In this document: positions 20,242 through 28,708 of the stretch, piece after piece
Layout of the letters: every line of letters starts with the position of its first letter
Position numbering within the stretch: position 1 is the first letter of the stretch
NCBI GenBank assembly: GCA_963709635.1
Contig: CAVPXA010000028.1
Location: forward strand, 70,020-134,019
DNA from: an uncultured Thermoleophilia bacterium
Lineage (GTDB): Bacteria; Actinomycetota; Thermoleophilia; UBA2241
DNA: 64,000 nt
Direction of reading: 5' to 3'
Translations under genes and position numbers: made by a program
The notes under the pieces: model-generated
Database searches by the model: none
The model's input: only the letters and a program-made list of their open reading frames with translations
What the model was told of the DNA's origin: nothing

Positions 20242-20571
20242 TCAGAGGTCCCGAAGGTGCGAGCCGTACCCCCGCTTGAACTGGGTGGACGCGTACTTCT
20301 GCAGCTTCCACTCGGGGATGCGGCACTGCGGGCAGGCCTCCGCGTACCACTTGTTGCGCAGCCAGCGGGCGGCGCGGCTCGTCTTGGAGTCGTGGACCAC
20401 CATGTGCTTGTTGCAGTGGGTCACCACGACGGCGTAGGAGCCGCGCTCCTCGAACTGCTTGATCCCGTGCAGGATGCCGCGCCGCGACGGCCACAGCTTG
20501 AGCTTCTCGACCAGCCGGAAGAGCGGGACCTGCTTGCGGTAGTAGCGCGCTTTGGTGGGGTCGGTCGGCAT
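20242..20571 (-). CDS. pylSn: Pyrrolysyl-tRNA synthetase N-terminal tRNA-binding polypeptide (PylSn)
   Basis: 109 aa from ATG 20571. LWPSRRGILHGIKQFEERGSYAVVVTHCNKHMVVHDSKTSRAARWLRNKWYAEACPQCRIPEWKL aligns with archaeal PylS residues LWMSRTGTIHKIKHHEV...[31 protein letters not shown], including the Zn Cys/His positions. Confidence 0.85.
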   Translation of the reverse strand: MPTDPTKARYYRKQVPLFRLVEKLKLWPSRRGILHGIKQFEERGSYAVVVTHCNKHMVVHDSKTSRAARWLRNKWYAEACPQCRIPEWKLQKYASTQFKRGYGSHLRDL

Positions 20572-20697
20572 CGGGAGGGCCAGTCTAGCACGGCCGCCCG
20601 CGGCGCCCGCCGCGGCCGCGTCCGGCCGGAGACGGGCAGGACGCGGCACCACCGCGTCGAAGGTTCGGCAACGACCAACTCCGACCCGAGGTGTCCG

Positions 20698-21633
20698 ATG
20701 ACCCGTCGCGCCGCAGCCGGCCTCGGCCGCCTGCTACCGCTCCTGCTGATCGCCGCGGCCGTCGTCGTCGTCACCGGCGCCGCCCTGCTCGCCGCCTGCG
20801 GCGGCTCGTCCGGCGGCGCCTCTCCCGAGCCGCTGGAGACCACCACCGTGACGGCCTCGGGGAGCGGCACGGCGGAGCCGACGGTCACGCCTTCCACGTC
20901 CCCGTCGACGGCGCCGGCCGAGACGGCCCTGCGCATCTACTTCTTGCGCGGCGAGCAGCTCGGCGTGGCCGAGCGGCGGGTCCCGCACACCAGCATGCCG
21001 GCCACGGCCGCCATGGAGGCCCTGCTGGCCGGCCCGACGGCGGCGGAGAGCGCCGCCGGCCTCGGCACCAGCATCCCCGCCGGCACGCGCCTGCTCGGCC
21101 TCAGCATCAAGAGCGGCACGGCCGATGTGGACCTCTCCGGGGAGTTCGGCAGCGGCGGCGGCACCCTGTCCATGACCTCCCGCGTCGCGGAGGTCGTCTA
21201 CACGCTCACGCGGTTCCCGACGGTCCGCGCCGTCCGGTTCCTCATGGACGGCGAGCCGCTCGAGGCGCTCGGCGGAGAGGGCATCGTGCTCGCCGAGCCC
21301 CAGCGCCGCGCCGACTGGCGCGAGTTCGAGCCCAACATCTTCGTCGAGACACCCGGCGCCGGCGCCGTCGTCTCGAGCCCGTTCCTGCTGTCCGGCACGG
21401 CCATGGTGTTCGAGGGCTCGTTCCAGGCGCGCCTCGTCGACTCGTCCGGCCGGCGCATCGTCAACGTCATCATGCAGGCGAGCCGCGGCGCTCCCGGCCG
21501 CGGCCGGTTCGCCAAAGATGTCGCCTTCTCCACCTCCGCCAAGCGCGGCACGCTGATCGTGTTCGACCAGTCCATGGAGGACGGCTCGCGCCAGGACGAG
21601 GTCGAGATCCCCATCACGTTCGCGACCGACTGA
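20698..21633 (+). CDS. Lipoprotein with GerMN domain and Gmad2-type Ig-like domain
   Basis: ATG 20698. Lipobox LLAAC. LRIYFLRGEQLGVAERRV...MEALLAGPT...VDLSGEF...VRFLMDGEPL, then IFVETPGAGAVVSSPFLLSGTA...TLIVFDQS. Confidence 0.7.
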   Translation: MTRRAAAGLGRLLPLLLIAAAVVVVTGAALLAACGGSSGGASPEPLETTTVTASGSGTAEPTVTPSTSPSTAPAETALRIYFLRGEQLGVAERRVPHTSMPATAAMEALLAGPTAAESAAGLGTSIPAGTRLLGLSIKSGTADVDLSGEFGSGGGTLSMTSRVAEVVYTLTRFPTVRAVRFLMDGEPLEALGGEGIVLAEPQRRADWREFEPNIFVETPGAGAVVSSPFLLSGTAMVFEGSFQARLVDSSGRRIVNVIMQASRGAPGRGRFAKDVAFSTSAKRGTLIVFDQSMEDGSRQDEVEIPITFATD

Positions 21634-21935
21634 CGCGGCGCACCCGAGTCACCGGCCCGCGGCGCCGATCTCCCTCACGCTAGTCCAGCTCACGCCCGCG
21701 CCGCTGCACGAGCGGCAGCACGTACCACAACGCCACGAGCCAGGCGGCGATCGCCGCGCCCGCCACGGAGACCCAGGTCGCTTTGAAGAGCATGCGTCGA
21801 CACGTTCCTTGTGATCCTCGGCCACGGCGTGCTCCCGCGATGGATGACGACGGGGTGATGTTCCCCGGACAGGGCGAGACGCGCGGTGCGTGCCGTAAGA
21901 GCGTGAGAGGAGAGAGCGGACGCTGGAGAAGAGGC

Positions 21936-22008
21936 TGGCGGGGAGTGCGGGAGTCACACCCGCCTACGTGGGTTTAGAGCCCACGCTGATCCTTCCGATC
22001 GACCCCCC
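21936..22008 (-). tRNA. pylT: tRNA-Pyl (anticodon CUA)
   Basis: Hand-folded 73 nt: GGGGGGU-C-GAUC-GGAAG-GAUC-AG-CGUGGG-CUCUAAA-CCCACG-UAG-GCGGG-UGUGACU-CCCGC-ACUCCCC-G-CCA. Features: 7-bp acceptor stem with one G-U, a single nt between acceptor and D stems, 5-nt D loop, 6-bp anticodon stem, 3-nt variable loop, T loop without the TPsiC consensus, encoded CCA. These are the tRNA-Pyl hallmarks. Confidence 0.88.
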
Positions 22009-22018
22009 GCGCCCCGCG

Positions 22019-22024
22019 ATTGTA
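22019..22024 (-). promoter_or_regulatory. Candidate -10 element (TACAAT, preceded by TG) for a dedicated pylT promoter
   Basis: Minus-strand ggTGTACAATcgcggggcgc followed by the tRNA 5' G. 10 nt separate the hexamer from the mature 5' end. No convincing -35. Confidence 0.25.
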
Positions 22025-22142
22025 CACCGGACGCGCCGGTGGGTCCGGACGCGGACCAGCGGGCCGTTCCGGCCGCGCGCCGGAGTCGCCGGCGAAGGGC
22101 GGCGCGCGTCGGCGCGGACGACGAGGCGATGGGTGGCGCGCG

Positions 22143-22949
22143 TCAGAGCAGCGCGCGCGCCACCATGACCGCCACGCCGAGCGCGAGCGGCTCGTGCATG
22201 TGGGTCACGCCGAGGACCTCCTGCGCCGCGGCGGTGAACGCCGACGGCATACCGGGGACGGCGGCGATCATCCCCGGACGCACGTCGGCGACGTCGATGA
22301 TGCCGGCCGCCGGGCAGGCGTCGAAGACGAGGTCGCAGCGGGCCAGTCCCTCGGTCAGGCCGGTCTCTTCGAACAGAAGGCCCACCTCTCGCGCGGCAGC
22401 GACGCGCTCCGCGTCCGGCTCGACCACGAGGACGCCCGCGTCACGGGCGGTGAGGCGCCGCACGGCGGCGCGCCCCACGGGACCGAGCCCCAGCACCAGG
22501 ACTTCCCGGCCCGCGAGACCGCCGGAGGCCGCATCGAGGGCGGTCACGTACCCGTCGGCCGTCGCGGGGTCGTCGTCCGTGCTGCGGCCCTTGGTGACGT
22601 TGAGCGCGATGAAGCGGTGGTCGTCGGCGAGAAAGACCACCTGCGCGCCGGCGCCCACCGCCGCCTGGATGCCGCGCACGTCCGGCTGCGTGGTCGCCCA
22701 CGCGTCGCAGCCCAGGTGCAGCAGGGTGGCCACGACGCAGGCCGAGAACCCGGTGATGACCCCCTGGCCGGTGGAGATGGGCACGGCGGCGACGCGCGCG
22801 CCGTGCAACTGCACGCAGCGCTGGTCGTCGACCACGGTGCGCAGCGCGAGGTCGCGCAGCCCGAGCCCGGTGGCGTCGCGCAGACGGTCCTCGACGGCGA
22901 CGAGCTCGCTCGTCAGGTCGGCGACGTCCGCCTCGGTCAGTCGTGTCAT
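22143..22949 (-). CDS. pylD: Pyrrolysine synthase PylD (3-methylornithyl-N6-lysine dehydrogenase)
   Basis: 268 aa. MTRLTEADV..., VPISTGQGVITGFS, FLADDHRFIALN, Rossmann VLVLGLGPVGRAAV, C-terminal EPLALGVAVMVARALL. ATGA overlap with pylC. Confidence 0.9.
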   Translation of the reverse strand: MTRLTEADVADLTSELVAVEDRLRDATGLGLRDLALRTVVDDQRCVQLHGARVAAVPISTGQGVITGFSACVVATLLHLGCDAWATTQPDVRGIQAAVGAGAQVVFLADDHRFIALNVTKGRSTDDDPATADGYVTALDAASGGLAGREVLVLGLGPVGRAAVRRLTARDAGVLVVEPDAERVAAAREVGLLFEETGLTEGLARCDLVFDACPAAGIIDVADVRPGMIAAVPGMPSAFTAAAQEVLGVTHMHEPLALGVAVMVARALL

Positions 22950-24187
22950 CGAAGTCCTCCCTCACCCGGAGTCGCCGTCTCGTCCGCGGCAGCCGGTCGC
23001 AGTCCTTCGTGCCGCGCCAGCTCGGCGACCACATCCGCCGCGCGGATGCGCGCCTCGCTCAGGCCGGGGGCGGCGACGATCAGCGTCGCCGACCAGCCGG
23101 CGCGCCCCGGCGCGTAGTCCGTGAGCGCCTCGTCGGCGCCGAAGAAGCCGGGCACCAGGCGCAGCGGCCCGGCGCTCCCCATCACGTGCTCGCCGAGGAC
23201 CTCCAGCATACCTCGCGAAGCGCGTACATGCTGGTACACGCACGCGCGGCGCGGCGCGCGGTCCACCTCCGGCGGCGCGCCCTCACGCACCGTCCTCTCC
23301 AGCAGTTCGACGATGTTGAGGCCGCTCGACCAGTACACCGCCGTCGGAGTCTGGCTGGGCAGGCGCGCGTCGATCTCCAGGAGCTTGGGGTCGGCGCCGC
23401 GGACCATCACCTCCACGTCCATGAGGCCGTTGAGGCCAAGCCCCTCGGCGACGCGCACCGACGCCGCGTCGAAGGCGTCGAGCACGCCGGCGGCGACGGC
23501 GGCGTCCCAGTCGCAGGCGCCGCCGGGGCCGGCGCACGCCGTCTCCCCGGCCGTCTCGCCCACGGGGGCGACGACGCGGCGGCAGTCGTAGGCCGCGTCG
23601 AACTCGAGACCTGTGACCTGGAGCGGTACGGCACGGCCGCCCCAGGCGAGCACCTCCAGCGAGAGCGACGGGCCGGCCACGTACTCCTCGACCACCACGT
23701 CGTGGCCGCGGCGCTCCAGCTCGCGCCGCGCCGCGGCCAGCGCGGCCTCGTCGTGCACCACGGTGACGCCCTCGCTACCGCTCGCGGTGCTGGGTTTGAC
23801 CACCGCGGGGAACCCGCACGCGGGCCAGTCCAGCGGGCGCGGCACGTCCAGCTCGGCGAACAGCCGCCGCGAGGCCAGCTTGGACGCGGTGACCCGGTAG
23901 GAGTCGAGGTCGAACAGCAGTGGCACGCCCCAGCCGGGCACGCGCTCGGCCAGCCAGGCCAGCGTGGCCTCGTCCTCGAACGCCGGCAGCACGGCGTCGC
24001 AGCTCGTCACGAGGTCGCGGAAGAGGCTCTCGTCGGCGGTCACGTCCACGACGACGTGCCGGTCGGCGAGCCCGGATGCCGGCGGCTCCTCGCGCCGGTC
24101 CACGAGCACGGTCTCCCAGCCCGCCTTGCCGGCGAGGTACGCGGCCTCGGTGCCCTGCAGCTTGCCGCCGACGATCAGGAGGCGCAC
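22946..24187 (-). CDS. pylC: 3-methylornithine--L-lysine ligase PylC (ATP-grasp)
   Basis: Start taken at GTG 24187 (VRLLIVGGKLQGTEAAYLAGKAG), 5 nt after the pylB stop. ATP-grasp core FPAVVKPSTASGSEGV...VVEEYVAGPSLSLEV. The ORF-track extension to 24445 overlaps pylB. Confidence 0.9.
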   Translation of the reverse strand: MRLLIVGGKLQGTEAAYLAGKAGWETVLVDRREEPPASGLADRHVVVDVTADESLFRDLVTSCDAVLPAFEDEATLAWLAERVPGWGVPLLFDLDSYRVTASKLASRRLFAELDVPRPLDWPACGFPAVVKPSTASGSEGVTVVHDEAALAAARRELERRGHDVVVEEYVAGPSLSLEVLAWGGRAVPLQVTGLEFDAAYDCRRVVAPVGETAGETACAGPGGACDWDAAVAAGVLDAFDAASVRVAEGLGLNGLMDVEVMVRGADPKLLEIDARLPSQTPTAVYWSSGLNIVELLERTVREGAPPEVDRAPRRACVYQHVRASRGMLEVLGEHVMGSAGPLRLVPGFFGADEALTDYAPGRAGWSATLIVAAPGLSEARIRAADVVAELARHEGLRPAAADETATPGEGGLR

Positions 24188-24191
24188 ACGC

Positions 24192-25265
24192 TCACCGGGA
24201 GGCCGCGGCGGAGGCCGGACTGCGCACGACGGCCATCCGTTCGCGGTACTCGTCCACGCCGGCCGGACGCAGGCCGAGCCGCTCCAGGTGCGGCAGCACC
24301 CCGTGCACGGTGCGGTAGCCCTCGTCGATGTCGAGCTCGGCCTGCGAGACCCCGGCGAGCCCCATGGTGGGCGGCACGATCGACGTGACCACGTTGGCCC
24401 CGGCCTGCAGGCGGCGCTCCAGGCCGGCGATGCCGTCCACGTCAAGCGACGCCGGGATGAACCTGTCCGGCATCGCCAGCCGCAGGCAGGCGATGGTGAG
24501 CAGCTCGTCGGCGTCGCCGGCAGGGTGCACGTCCTCGAGCGGTGTACCCGCCTGGGGGACGAACGTCATGACCCGCACCTGCTCCCAGCCGGCCTCGCGC
24601 ATGGCGACGATGGAGCCGGCCCGGTCGGCCGGCGTGTCGCCGATGCCGGTGAGCAGGCCGTCCTCCACGAGCAGGCCCGCGCGCCGGGCGGCGGCCCGGG
24701 CGCCGGCGCGCGCCTCGAAGGGCTGCCCCACGCGCAGCCGGTCGTAGAGCTCGCGCGTGTGCGTCTCCTGGTACAGCGCGTACCAGTCGGCGCCCGCGCC
24801 CGCGAGCTCCCCCAGCGACTGCTCCGGCAGCACGCCCGGCGAGACCATGACCGGCGCGCCCGTCGCGTCCACCACGGCGGCGACGAGGTCGACGAGCGTG
24901 GCGGGTTCCGCGAGGACCACGGGGTCCTCGCCCATGGTCAGGTCGAGCAGGACGACGCCCGAGCCCGCGAGGTCGCGGCAGATCTCCACCACCTCGTCCG
25001 TGGTCTTGCGGTACCTCGGGCACTCGTCGTTGTCGGCGCGGTAGAAGCAGAACGCGCACGCGTTGCGGCAGTAGGTGGAGAAGTAGACGAACCCGTAGAG
25101 GAACACGGCGTCGCCGGAGTGGCGCGCGCGCAGCTCGCGGGCCGCGGCGAAGACCAGCGGCGCCTCGTCGCCGGCGCGCAACAGCGCCTCGAGGTCGTCC
25201 CTGTCCGGGACGGCGCCCGCGAGGATGTCGGCACAGAGGCCGGCGACTGAACGGCTGCCGGTCAT
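24192..25265 (-). CDS. pylB: Methylornithine synthase PylB (radical SAM lysine mutase)
   Basis: 357 aa. FVYFSTYCRNACAFCFY, DLTMGEDP, ALYQETHTRELYDRLRVGQ, VEDGLLTGIG, VRVMTFVPQAGTPLE, FIPASLDVDGI..GANVVTSIVPP. Collinear with archaeal PylB. Confidence 0.92.
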   Translation of the reverse strand: MTGSRSVAGLCADILAGAVPDRDDLEALLRAGDEAPLVFAAARELRARHSGDAVFLYGFVYFSTYCRNACAFCFYRADNDECPRYRKTTDEVVEICRDLAGSGVVLLDLTMGEDPVVLAEPATLVDLVAAVVDATGAPVMVSPGVLPEQSLGELAGAGADWYALYQETHTRELYDRLRVGQPFEARAGARAAARRAGLLVEDGLLTGIGDTPADRAGSIVAMREAGWEQVRVMTFVPQAGTPLEDVHPAGDADELLTIACLRLAMPDRFIPASLDVDGIAGLERRLQAGANVVTSIVPPTMGLAGVSQAELDIDEGYRTVHGVLPHLERLGLRPAGVDEYRERMAVVRSPASAAASR

Positions 25266-25269
25266 GGGA

Positions 25270-25932
25270 TCAGCGGAACTCGAGGACGTCCGCGAGCGGG
25301 TGGCGGCTGGTCGGGCGGGGCGGCGTGAGCGGCCGGCCGATGGGCACCACGGCGACCAGGTGCAGCGGGTCCTGCACGCCGAGCAGAGTCTCGATGGCAG
25401 GCGCGGCGAGCACTGGCGCCGTCATCCAGCACGAGCCGTAGCCCATGGCGTGGGCCGCGGTGCAGAGCAACTGGACCGCGGCTCCGATGCTCTGGATGTC
25501 CGGCCGCTGCCGCAGGCGGTCGCGCTCCTCGTAGGGCAGCTTGTGCTTGTACAGCAGCACGTCGGCGAGCGACCGGTACGGCACGCCGAACACGGCCACG
25601 ACCAGCGGGGCCTCGGCGAAGAACGTGGCGTAGGTGCGGTATGCCTTGAGCTCCTTGCCGCGGCCCTCGGCCTCGGGCCACGCCGCCATCTCGTCGATAG
25701 CGGCGTCGACCGCGTCCTTCATCGCCGCGCGCGCGGCGGCGTCCTCGACGGCGATGAACCGCCAGGACTGGGCGTTGCCGGCGTTGGCGGCCCTGATCGC
25801 GAGCCCGACCATGGCCTCGACGTGCTCGCGCGGCACGGGGTCGGGCGCGTACTTGCGCACGCTCGACCGGCCATGGACGGCGTCCGCCAGACCGGTGGTC
25901 TCGAGGCGGGATCTGCTGTGGTGGGCGCTCAC
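25270..25932 (-). CDS. Nitroreductase-family flavoprotein
   Basis: 220 aa. RSSVRKYAPDPVPREHVEAMV..AIRAANAGNAQSWRFI. Its stop is only 4 nt before the pylB ATG. Confidence 0.85.
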   Translation of the reverse strand: MSAHHSRSRLETTGLADAVHGRSSVRKYAPDPVPREHVEAMVGLAIRAANAGNAQSWRFIAVEDAAARAAMKDAVDAAIDEMAAWPEAEGRGKELKAYRTYATFFAEAPLVVAVFGVPYRSLADVLLYKHKLPYEERDRLRQRPDIQSIGAAVQLLCTAAHAMGYGSCWMTAPVLAAPAIETLLGVQDPLHLVAVVPIGRPLTPPRPTSRHPLADVLEFR

Positions 25933-25951
25933 GCCCCCAGTGTACCAACGA

Positions 25952-25990
25952 GGACGGGGCGGGCGCTCCTCACGAGCCCCCGCCCCGTCC
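25952..25990 (-). terminator. Hairpin between the MoaD-like gene and the nitroreductase-pylBCD unit
   Basis: 12-bp stem ggacggggcggg / cccgccccgtcc with a 15-nt loop. It lies 19 nt upstream of the nitroreductase GTG. Weak U-tract. Confidence 0.4.
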
Positions 25991-26011
25991 GGTCCGTCCG
26001 TGCCTCTCGCG

Positions 26012-26281
26012 TCAGCCGCCGGAGATGGGCGGCACGATCTTCAGCACGTCGCCGTCCTTGAGCTCGGCCTCCAGGCCGCCGGCGAGCTTGATGTTGCGCC
26101 CTCCGACGAACACGCCGGCGTACATGCGCCCGTCTTCACGGTAGACGCGCTGGCGCGTGCTCGGTTCGAGCTCGATGGCCTTGTCCAGCGCCTCCTGCAC
26201 GGTCGCGGCCTCGACCTCGACCTCGGTGCGGCCGCTGCCGGTCGCCATGCCCGCGGGCAGCTTGACGGAGACCCTGGCCAT
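26012..26281 (-). CDS. MoaD/ThiS-family ubiquitin-like sulfur-carrier protein
   Basis: 89 aa ending ...DGDVLKIVPPISGG (C-terminal Gly-Gly). The ATG lies 1 nt after the ferredoxin stop. Confidence 0.75.
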   Translation of the reverse strand: MARVSVKLPAGMATGSGRTEVEVEAATVQEALDKAIELEPSTRQRVYREDGRMYAGVFVGGRNIKLAGGLEAELKDGDVLKIVPPISGG

Positions 26282-26282
26282 G

Positions 26283-26801
26283 TCAGGCGCCCGCCTCCCC
26301 CGCGGCGACCACGAGCGTCTTGTCCTGCTTGTCGACCTTGAGGTCGACCGCGAAGACGTACTTGTTCTGGCAGAAGGCGATGCACTGCGGCTCGCCGTCG
26401 CACAGGTCGCACTTGAAGGCGACCTCACGGTCGGGGTGCTCGTGGATGACGCCCGTGGGGCACACCTCGTAGCACTCGCCGCAGTTGGTGCACTTCTCCT
26501 CGTCGACGACGAGGACGAAGCCCTCCATCGACTCGCCCACCTTCTCCTTGCTCTCGAAGAAGCCCTTGGGCGTCACCGTGATCTGCTTGGTGACGATGGC
26601 GTCGTTGGGACACGCCTGCTGGCACTTGGCGCAACCGGTCTGCAGGCAGGTGTGGCCCTTGATCTCGGTGGTGGTCGGGTTGCACTCGGAGTACAGGCGC
26701 GCGACCGACGGACGGTAGGCGCCCTCGTGGTAGGCGGAGCACGCCAGCTCGCACATGTGGCACCCGGTGCACTTCTTCCTGCTGATCATCACGTGTGGCA
26801 T
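26283..26801 (-). CDS. 4Fe-4S dicluster ferredoxin-type subunit associated with AOR
   Basis: 172 aa. CTGCHMCELAC, CAKCQQACP, CTNCGECYEVCP, CDLCDG..QCIAFC. Confidence 0.85.
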   Translation of the reverse strand: MPHVMISRKKCTGCHMCELACSAYHEGAYRPSVARLYSECNPTTTEIKGHTCLQTGCAKCQQACPNDAIVTKQITVTPKGFFESKEKVGESMEGFVLVVDEEKCTNCGECYEVCPTGVIHEHPDREVAFKCDLCDGEPQCIAFCQNKYVFAVDLKVDKQDKTLVVAAGEAGA

Positions 26802-26813
26802 CGGATTCCCTTC

Positions 26814-28603
26814 CTAGAGGCGGACGTCGACGCCGAGCTCGGCGAGTTTTTCTTCGGTCGGCACACCGCTCTCGTCCCAGCCGCGGAGGCTGTAGTACTC
26901 CTGCGTCTTCTCGGCGAAGGTCTCCTTGCCGATGAGACGCCCGGCGGACGGGCCCTTCTTGTGCGGCCTGGTGAGCAGCAGTTCGGGCAGGTAGTCGTCG
27001 GCGGCCGTCATGCCCTCGCGAAGATTGAAGAGGCGGCCGAGGTTCCAGACGCGCTCGCCGGCCAGCGCGAGCTCTTCTTCCGTCACGTCGCGCTTCCAGA
27101 CGTGCTTGAACAGCTGGCTCATCTGGTTGAGGTCGATCGCCCAGAAGTCGCACCAGATGCCGAGGTACTTCATGGAGCTGAAGTTCTGGCCGTTGATGTT
27201 GTAGGCGGCCTTGCCCTCCATGGTGTCGGCAGGCTCGTCGCCGGTGATGATCTCGTCGCCCACCGGATACGAGCGCATGTGGCAGCCGCCCCGGTCGGAC
27301 GTGGAGTACGAGAGGCTCATCCCGAACGTGCCACGCGGGTCGTAGCCCGGCAGCTCGAGGTTCTTGACCTCCATCGCCAGCTCGGGGGCGCCGTACTTCT
27401 CGGCGAGGTGCTTCGAGCCGAGCGCCAGCTCTTCGCCGATGCCCGTGCGCGTCGCCATGAGCTCGGGCGCCTTGAGATAGCCGTCGACGTCGCCGAAGCG
27501 CACGCCGAAGTCCTTGATGCCCTTCTCGGTGAGGTCCATGGCCAGGCCGAGCACGGATCCGGACGAGATGGTGTCCATGCCCCACTCGTCGCACAGCTCG
27601 TTGAACTTGACCAGCGCGGCGATGTCGCCGATGCCGCAGTTGGCGCCACAGAGAGCGATGGTCTCGTACTCCGGACCCTCGCCCATGACCGTCTTGCCGT
27701 CGAGTTCGACACTGTGGACGTTGCGGCAGGCGATAGCGCACTGGTAGCAGGCGCGCTTCTTGACGCGGATCTTCTGGAACGACTCGGAGTTGATGTTGCC
27801 GGCGTCCTCGAACTCGCCCTCGGACCAGTTGCGCGTGGGGAACGCGCCGGCGCCGTTGACCAGGTCGACCAGGACGGGCGTGCCCTCCTCATGGACCCAG
27901 TAGTTGTCGTCGGTGAGGACATACTCCTCGTGGATGCGGTAGAGGTCGGCGAGGAAGCCTTTGGCGTCGCCGACCGTCACCGAGCCGGTGCCGCGCACGG
28001 CGACGGCCTTGAGGTTCTTGTCGCCCAGGAGGGCGCCGTGACCGCCCCGGCCGGCCTTGTGGTACTGGTCGGTGGAGACGCAGGCCCACGGGAGCTTCTG
28101 CTCACCGGCCGGGCCGATGGAGAGGACCTTGGCGTTCTCGTCGAAGTCGTCGCGCAGCGCCTGCTCGATCGCCGACGTCTTCATGCCCCAGTACTTGGGC
28201 TGCGCCGGCAGGAAGCTGACCACGTCGTCCTTGATGGTGACCACGGTGGGCTCGGGCGCGCGGCCCTTGATGATGACCAGGTCGTAGCCGGCGAACTTCA
28301 GCTCGGGCGCGAACGAGCCCCCGACGTAGCTGTCGTTGAGGACGCCCGTGACCGGGCTCTTGCAGCCCACGATGAGCCGGGACGACGTGCTGACGTTGGT
28401 CCCGGCGAACGGGCCGGTGACCAGGAACACGGGATTGTCCTCGGACCAGGGTCGAGCCCCGGCGGGATCTCCTCCCACATGTAGCGAAGCAACAGGCCCT
28501 TGCCGCCGATGTAGCGCTCCGCCCATTCCATGTTGAGCGGCTCGACGGTCGAGGTGCCTGCGCTCAGGTCCAGCCTGAGCACCTTGCCCTGGTAGAAGTC
28601 CAC
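26814..28603 (-). pseudogene. Aldehyde:ferredoxin oxidoreductase (tungsto/molybdopterin AOR family); 1-nt deletion near 28449
   Basis: GTG 28603 after AGGAGG (VDFYQGKVLRLDLS...ERYIGGKGLLLRYMWEEIPPGLDP) is in ORF 28298..28681. The rest is in ORF 26814..28844 (FLVTGPFAGT, GLVMDsimilar core, CYQCAIAC, DRGGCHMRSY). TAG stop. Confidence 0.88.
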
Positions 28604-28708
28604 TGCGTCCTCCTGAAGACGTGCGAATAGGTTCGCCGCGTTCCCCCCCGGAGATCCGCGACGGCTCCAGCCGCGGACCAAGGAGAACGTGGGAGTACAG
28701 GCCCAGCC

